Assembly: GCA_052168235.1 (NCBI GenBank)
Contig: JBQLZK010000043.1
Span: 1-62,989, forward strand
Length of the DNA: 62,989 nt
Source: Thainema sp.
GTDB lineage: Bacteria > Cyanobacteriota > Cyanobacteriia > Phormidesmidales > Phormidesmidaceae
Direction of reading: 5' to 3'
In this document: positions 59,193 through 62,989 of the stretch, one piece after another
How the letters are laid out: every line of letters begins with the position of its first letter
Numbering within the stretch: position 1 is the first letter of the stretch
Program-made: the position numbers and the translations under genes
Notes under the pieces: generated by a model
What the model was told of the DNA's origin: nothing
Seen by the model: only the letters and a program-made list of their open reading frames with translations
The model's database searches: none

Positions 59193-61472
59193 ATGTCAGT
59201 TCCATTTTTTGATGAAGAATTTACTTTCACCCAACCCGATGGCACACAGTTTCAAGCCAAAGGCTGGGGCGACCAGCACTACGCAATTTTTGAGACGCTT
59301 GATGGCTTTACCATTGTGCAAGATCCGGAAACCGGATTTTACTGCTATGCGAGAGCCAATGAAGACGCGAGTGAATTAGAATCAACAGGTGTCAAAGTCG
59401 GTTTAGTCGAACCGAGTAACTTAGCTCTCAGTCCTCATACTCGGCTGAATCCCAGTGTAGCGAAAGAAAGAGCCTTGCAAGCAGCAGGCCAGATGGAATT
59501 GAAGCGGCGTTGTGAAGAACGACGCGAGCAAGCCAAGCAGAGACTTCGACAATCGCTGCGTGCAACAGGCCCTCTAGCGGCTCCTCCGGGTCGTCAAATC
59601 CAAGGTCAGTACGTAGGCCTATGCCTCTTGATCCAGTTCCCCGATGTGCCTGGAACAATTTCCCAGCAGGAGGTGAGTGACTTCTGCAACAAACCGGGCT
59701 ACAGCGGCTACGGCAATAAGGGATCGGTGTATGACTATTTTTACGACAATTCCGAGGGCAAATTAGAGTACACCAACCTGGTGACGACCTACTATACCGC
59801 TAAGCAGCCACGTGCTTACTATACCAATGAAGCGATTGAGCAGGGGACGCGAGCCAGGGAGCTGATCAAAGAAGGGCTTGCGGAATTAAAGCGTCAGGGC
59901 TTTGATTTCAGCACTTTAAGTGTTGATGATCAGGGATATATCTATGCCGTCAATGTGTTCTATGCCGGACCTCGCGTCAACAATTGGGCTCAAGGGCTGT
60001 GGCCTCATGCTTGGTCTCTCGCTCAACCCTATGAGCTAGCTCCGGGCAAGCAAGCGTTTGACTACCAAATTACCAACATGGGTAGCGAACTGTCACTTGG
60101 AACGTTTTGCCATGAAAATGGGCACATGCTGTGTGACTATCCCGACCTCTACGACTATGGCGATCAGTCCAGTGGAGTGGGCCATTACTGCCTAATGGGG
60201 TACGGTGGTTCCGATAAGAAAAACCCAGTTCAGATTGGGGCTTACTTAAAATACAAGTCGGGCTGGGCGAATCCGCTGACGCTGATTCAGCAAAACGTAC
60301 AGGAGGCGACGATCGCAGCAGGAAAAAATGACTTTTTTCTCTATCCAAAACATCAAGCAGAATACTTTATCATCGAGAATCGGCAGAAAGCTGGGCGTGA
60401 TGCCGCCTTACCCAGCAAGGGATTGGCGATTTGGCATGTCGATGAATTGGGCAGCAATGATCATGAGCAGATGACGGCTTCCCTACATTATGAATGCTCG
60501 CTCGAACAGGCTGACAATCAGTTTGATTTGGAACATCACCTCAATCCTGGGGATGCGGGAGACTTATTTGCCAAAGACAAACTGTTTTCTAGCATTACTA
60601 GCCCCAGCAGCAACTGGTGGGATGGTACTCCATCGAGGCTGACGATTTGTGACATCAGCGAAGCTGGCTCACCGATGACCTTCCGGGTGCAGATTGGGGA
60701 TGATGAGGGTGAAACCCAGCTGTTCCAGGCTACCTCGACCCCGGCCCAGGATATTCCTGATAATAGTCAGGTTGGCATTCGGGATGGCATTCGGTTTACA
60801 GAAGCTGCGATCGCAACTTCGATCAAAGTTAGCGTGGATATTACCCATCCTTATCGAGGCGACCTGCGCGTGACGCTCTCCAATCCTCTCGGTCGAGCAG
60901 TCGTGCTACACGATCGGCTAGGTGGGCGGGAGGATGACCTGAAGCGCACGTTTGATCTAACATCCAGTCCAGCTTTGCGGAACTTTCTGGGCCAATCGCT
61001 ACAGGGTGAGTGGGTGCTGCACGTACAAGACCTGGCTCCGTCTGATGTGGGTCGCTTCAACAGTTGGAGTTTAGCAATTGAAGGAAAGGTCAAGGGTGGA
61101 GCGGTAATTGCTCTTGAGGAGTCCCCTGGAGTCGATATTCCCGATAACGATCCGGTTGGCATTGAACGAACCCTAACCGTTGAGACTGCGGGGCCAATGA
61201 AAGAGGTCGAGGTGAGCGTGGACATCACCCACACCTATGTCCAGGATTTAATCGTGACGCTGATCTCGCCACAGGGCACAAAGGTGGATCTGCATCATCG
61301 CAGCGGTGGCGCAGCGGATAACATCATCAAAACCTATACCCTGCAAACCACGCCGGGTCTGCAACAGCTCATTGGGCAGTCCATACAGGGTGGATGGGGA
61401 CTAAAAGTGGTTGATGTTGCGAGCCAAGATCGCGGCAAGTTGAACCGCTGGTCACTGAAGCTGAAACGGTGA
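59193..61472 (+). CDS. M6 (immune inhibitor A-type) metalloprotease with two proprotein-convertase P domains
   Basis: TQPDG pro-region, CHENGH..PDLYD, YFIIENR and two DITH.Y..DL repeats. Confidence 0.9.
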   Translation: MSVPFFDEEFTFTQPDGTQFQAKGWGDQHYAIFETLDGFTIVQDPETGFYCYARANEDASELESTGVKVGLVEPSNLALSPHTRLNPSVAKERALQAAGQMELKRRCEERREQAKQRLRQSLRATGPLAAPPGRQIQGQYVGLCLLIQFPDVPGTISQQEVSDFCNKPGYSGYGNKGSVYDYFYDNSEGKLEYTNLVTTYYTAKQPRAYYTNEAIEQGTRARELIKEGLAELKRQGFDFSTLSVDDQGYIYAVNVFYAGPRVNNWAQGLWPHAWSLAQPYELAPGKQAFDYQITNMGSELSLGTFCHENGHMLCDYPDLYDYGDQSSGVGHYCLMGYGGSDKKNPVQIGAYLKYKSGWANPLTLIQQNVQEATIAAGKNDFFLYPKHQAEYFIIENRQKAGRDAALPSKGLAIWHVDELGSNDHEQMTASLHYECSLEQADNQFDLEHHLNPGDAGDLFAKDKLFSSITSPSSNWWDGTPSRLTICDISEAGSPMTFRVQIGDDEGETQLFQATSTPAQDIPDNSQVGIRDGIRFTEAAIATSIKVSVDITHPYRGDLRVTLSNPLGRAVVLHDRLGGREDDLKRTFDLTSSPALRNFLGQSLQGEWVLHVQDLAPSDVGRFNSWSLAIEGKVKGGAVIALEESPGVDIPDNDPVGIERTLTVETAGPMKEVEVSVDITHTYVQDLIVTLISPQGTKVDLHHRSGGAADNIIKTYTLQTTPGLQQLIGQSIQGGWGLKVVDVASQDRGKLNRWSLKLKR

Positions 61473-61487
61473 TGGAGGAAAAGGGCG

Positions 61488-61790
61488 ATGTTTAGAGGAT
61501 TTCGTCGTCGGTGGCGATGGGTCATGTTAGGTGCGATCGCAGGTTTGGCAATCCTTCTGTCTGCACTAATTTCGCATCCTAGTCCAGCTCAGCCATCATC
61601 ACCCAACCCAACCTCCGTTGATCAGCCAACTATTAACCAGCCCACGATTGACCAGCCAGCCCATAATTCATCATCGTTTCTGCTGGCGCATGGTGTCGAT
61701 ATTCGCGATCCCATTTGCGATGTCTACCCTAATACACCTTATAAGGTTGCGTCATCAAGGAGGCACATCGGTGAAAGGTACAACAATTAA
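61488..61790 (+). CDS. Hypothetical signal-peptide protein, possibly a fragment
   Basis: Basic and hydrophobic N-terminus, QPTI repeats; overlaps the next start. Confidence 0.4.
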   Translation: MFRGFRRRWRWVMLGAIAGLAILLSALISHPSPAQPSSPNPTSVDQPTINQPTIDQPAHNSSSFLLAHGVDIRDPICDVYPNTPYKVASSRRHIGERYNN

Positions 61791-62700
61791 AAATCTACCG
61801 CTGATTAAGGTGGTGGATGGTGACACGATTAAAGTTCGCTTAAACGATGGGTCGGAATCAATTCGCTTTGTTTGTCTCGATACCGAAGAAAGCCAGCGAG
61901 GCGGCAGTAAACCCGTTACCAATGCGGGCATTCTCGCTTCTAAATGGGCCAAAACCTACTTTGGTGCGGATGACGCAGGTTTACCGACCGGGGATGTGCG
62001 GGTCGATTTGGAATTTGACACCAATGATCCGGTAGATGTGTGTCTGCGTAAACATCGCGGCAACTACGGTCGATTAATTTGTTATGTCTACAAAGCAGGA
62101 GAACCAGAGAACTTTAACGTACGAATTGTGCGTGAAGGCTGGAGCCCTTACTTTGTCAAATATGGGCGTTCCCGTCTCTATCATCAGCAGTTTGTTGCAG
62201 CGGAGATGGAGGCGCAGGCTAAGGGACTAGGAATTTGGAATCCCGCTACAAATGCAGGTGGCAATACTAGGGATTACAGCATGCTGATTCCCTGGTGGCA
62301 TCTACGCGATTCCGTTGTGCAAGACTATCGCTATACGGGCGATCAGTCTGGGGCGCTGTCGGTGCGAATCAATTACGACGACATCGTCGCAGCGGCGCGG
62401 GCAGAGCAGGAGCTGACCGTCTTATGTGATTTGCAAGGGGGGATCAATAAGTGGCCCGGTAATGGTGCTCTGATTTATGCCGGATCGCCGTTCCAGAAGT
62501 TTAATCTCTGGATTCCTGAGCGAGATTCAGCAACGGCTCAAACAATTTTGCGTTTAATTGAAACTCGCTATGCTAAGACTGGTCGGGGTTACGTCTATGT
62601 ATCTGGCACGGCTAGTTTGTATCCGCCAACGGCGGATGGTAATCCGCAAATGGTGCTGACAGCAGTTGAACAACTGGCTGACTTTCCGCCAGGAAGCTAG
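61771..62700 (+). CDS. Thermonuclease (SNase) family protein with C-terminal extension
   Basis: VVDGDT, IRFVCLDTEE, YGRLICYV and AQAKGLGIW; AGGAGG before GTG at 61771. Confidence 0.88.
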   Translation: MKGTTIKNLPLIKVVDGDTIKVRLNDGSESIRFVCLDTEESQRGGSKPVTNAGILASKWAKTYFGADDAGLPTGDVRVDLEFDTNDPVDVCLRKHRGNYGRLICYVYKAGEPENFNVRIVREGWSPYFVKYGRSRLYHQQFVAAEMEAQAKGLGIWNPATNAGGNTRDYSMLIPWWHLRDSVVQDYRYTGDQSGALSVRINYDDIVAAARAEQELTVLCDLQGGINKWPGNGALIYAGSPFQKFNLWIPERDSATAQTILRLIETRYAKTGRGYVYVSGTASLYPPTADGNPQMVLTAVEQLADFPPGS

Positions 62701-62747
62701 CTGTCAATCTGCTCATATAGCCTTTCCTGGGCTACTGAGGTACAAGC

Positions 62748-62788
62748 TATTTTTTGGCAGCCGCGCTCCGCGCGGCTGCCAAAAAATA
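62748..62788. terminator. GC-rich hairpin with T/A tails
   Basis: TTTTTGGCAGCCGCGC/GCGCGGCTGCCAAAAA. Confidence 0.65.
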
Positions 62789-62827
62789 ACTCCCCCCTTT
62801 ATTAGCGCAAGAAGCGCTATATCTAAA

Positions 62828-62926
62828 TATTAAGTCTGATTAAAACCCTATAATTTACTTTTGTGAAACGTGTGCAGAGCACACGTTTCACAAAAGTAAA
62901 TTGGGTTCTTATACGCAGACTTGATA
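62828..62926. repeat. Palindromic MITE-like element
   Basis: Perfect 24-bp arms at 62852-62875 and 62879-62902, plus imperfect outer arms. Confidence 0.75.
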
Positions 62927-62989
62927 TAACTACGACGGCTCTTCTGACATTATAGTGATAAGTTTATCTAATCAGGAAAGCAAGCTAAT

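Noticed and set aside
61618..61770. Hydrophobic N-terminal extension of the thermonuclease
   Set aside because: It overlaps another ORF, and a strong AGGAGG precedes GTG at 61771. If real, it would weaken the no-signal-peptide claim for this gene.
62911..62928. Fourth LuxR-type box (ATACGCAGA)
   Set aside because: The right half-site CGTAT is missing and it lies in the arm of a palindromic repeat.

Overview
Cyanobacterial accessory-type DNA: the HIP1 octamer GCGATCGC is abundant, with STRR-like microrepeats and palindromic MITE/REP-like elements. I saw no rRNA, tRNA, CRISPR array, transposase or integrase. Main blocks: (1) 0-20 kb, a zinc-starvation island with two perfect Zur boxes: znuA-znuC-znuB, two COG0523 GTPases, folE, sufE, cysS, two metallophosphoesterases, selO, two flavoproteins, an ArsR/CadC regulator, plus inserted cargo. 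(2) 21.7-28.6 kb, a stressosome rsbR-S-T-X operon feeding two hybrid histidine kinases. (3) 28.8-33.6 kb, a mosaic of GNAT, GMC oxidoreductase and TA-like cassettes with repeats and attC-like sites. (4) 33.7-39.1 kb, an AT-rich MBL + E2-E1-JAB + membrane-protein operon (6A-MBL-like) with a divergent RHH-WYL regulator. (5) ppsA-gap-cupin. (6) 44-62.7 kb, the best candidate for an undescribed system: a LuxR regulator followed by three gene groups. Each group is preceded by the same box, ATACG-N8-CGTAT, exactly 22 nt before a -10-like hexamer. The genes encode a PNP-SIR2/STAND-WD40 pair and a set of hydrolases with no visible signal peptides (three caspase-fold proteases, an M6 protease, an amylase and a nuclease). 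All family calls come from motif recognition by eye; no searches were run.
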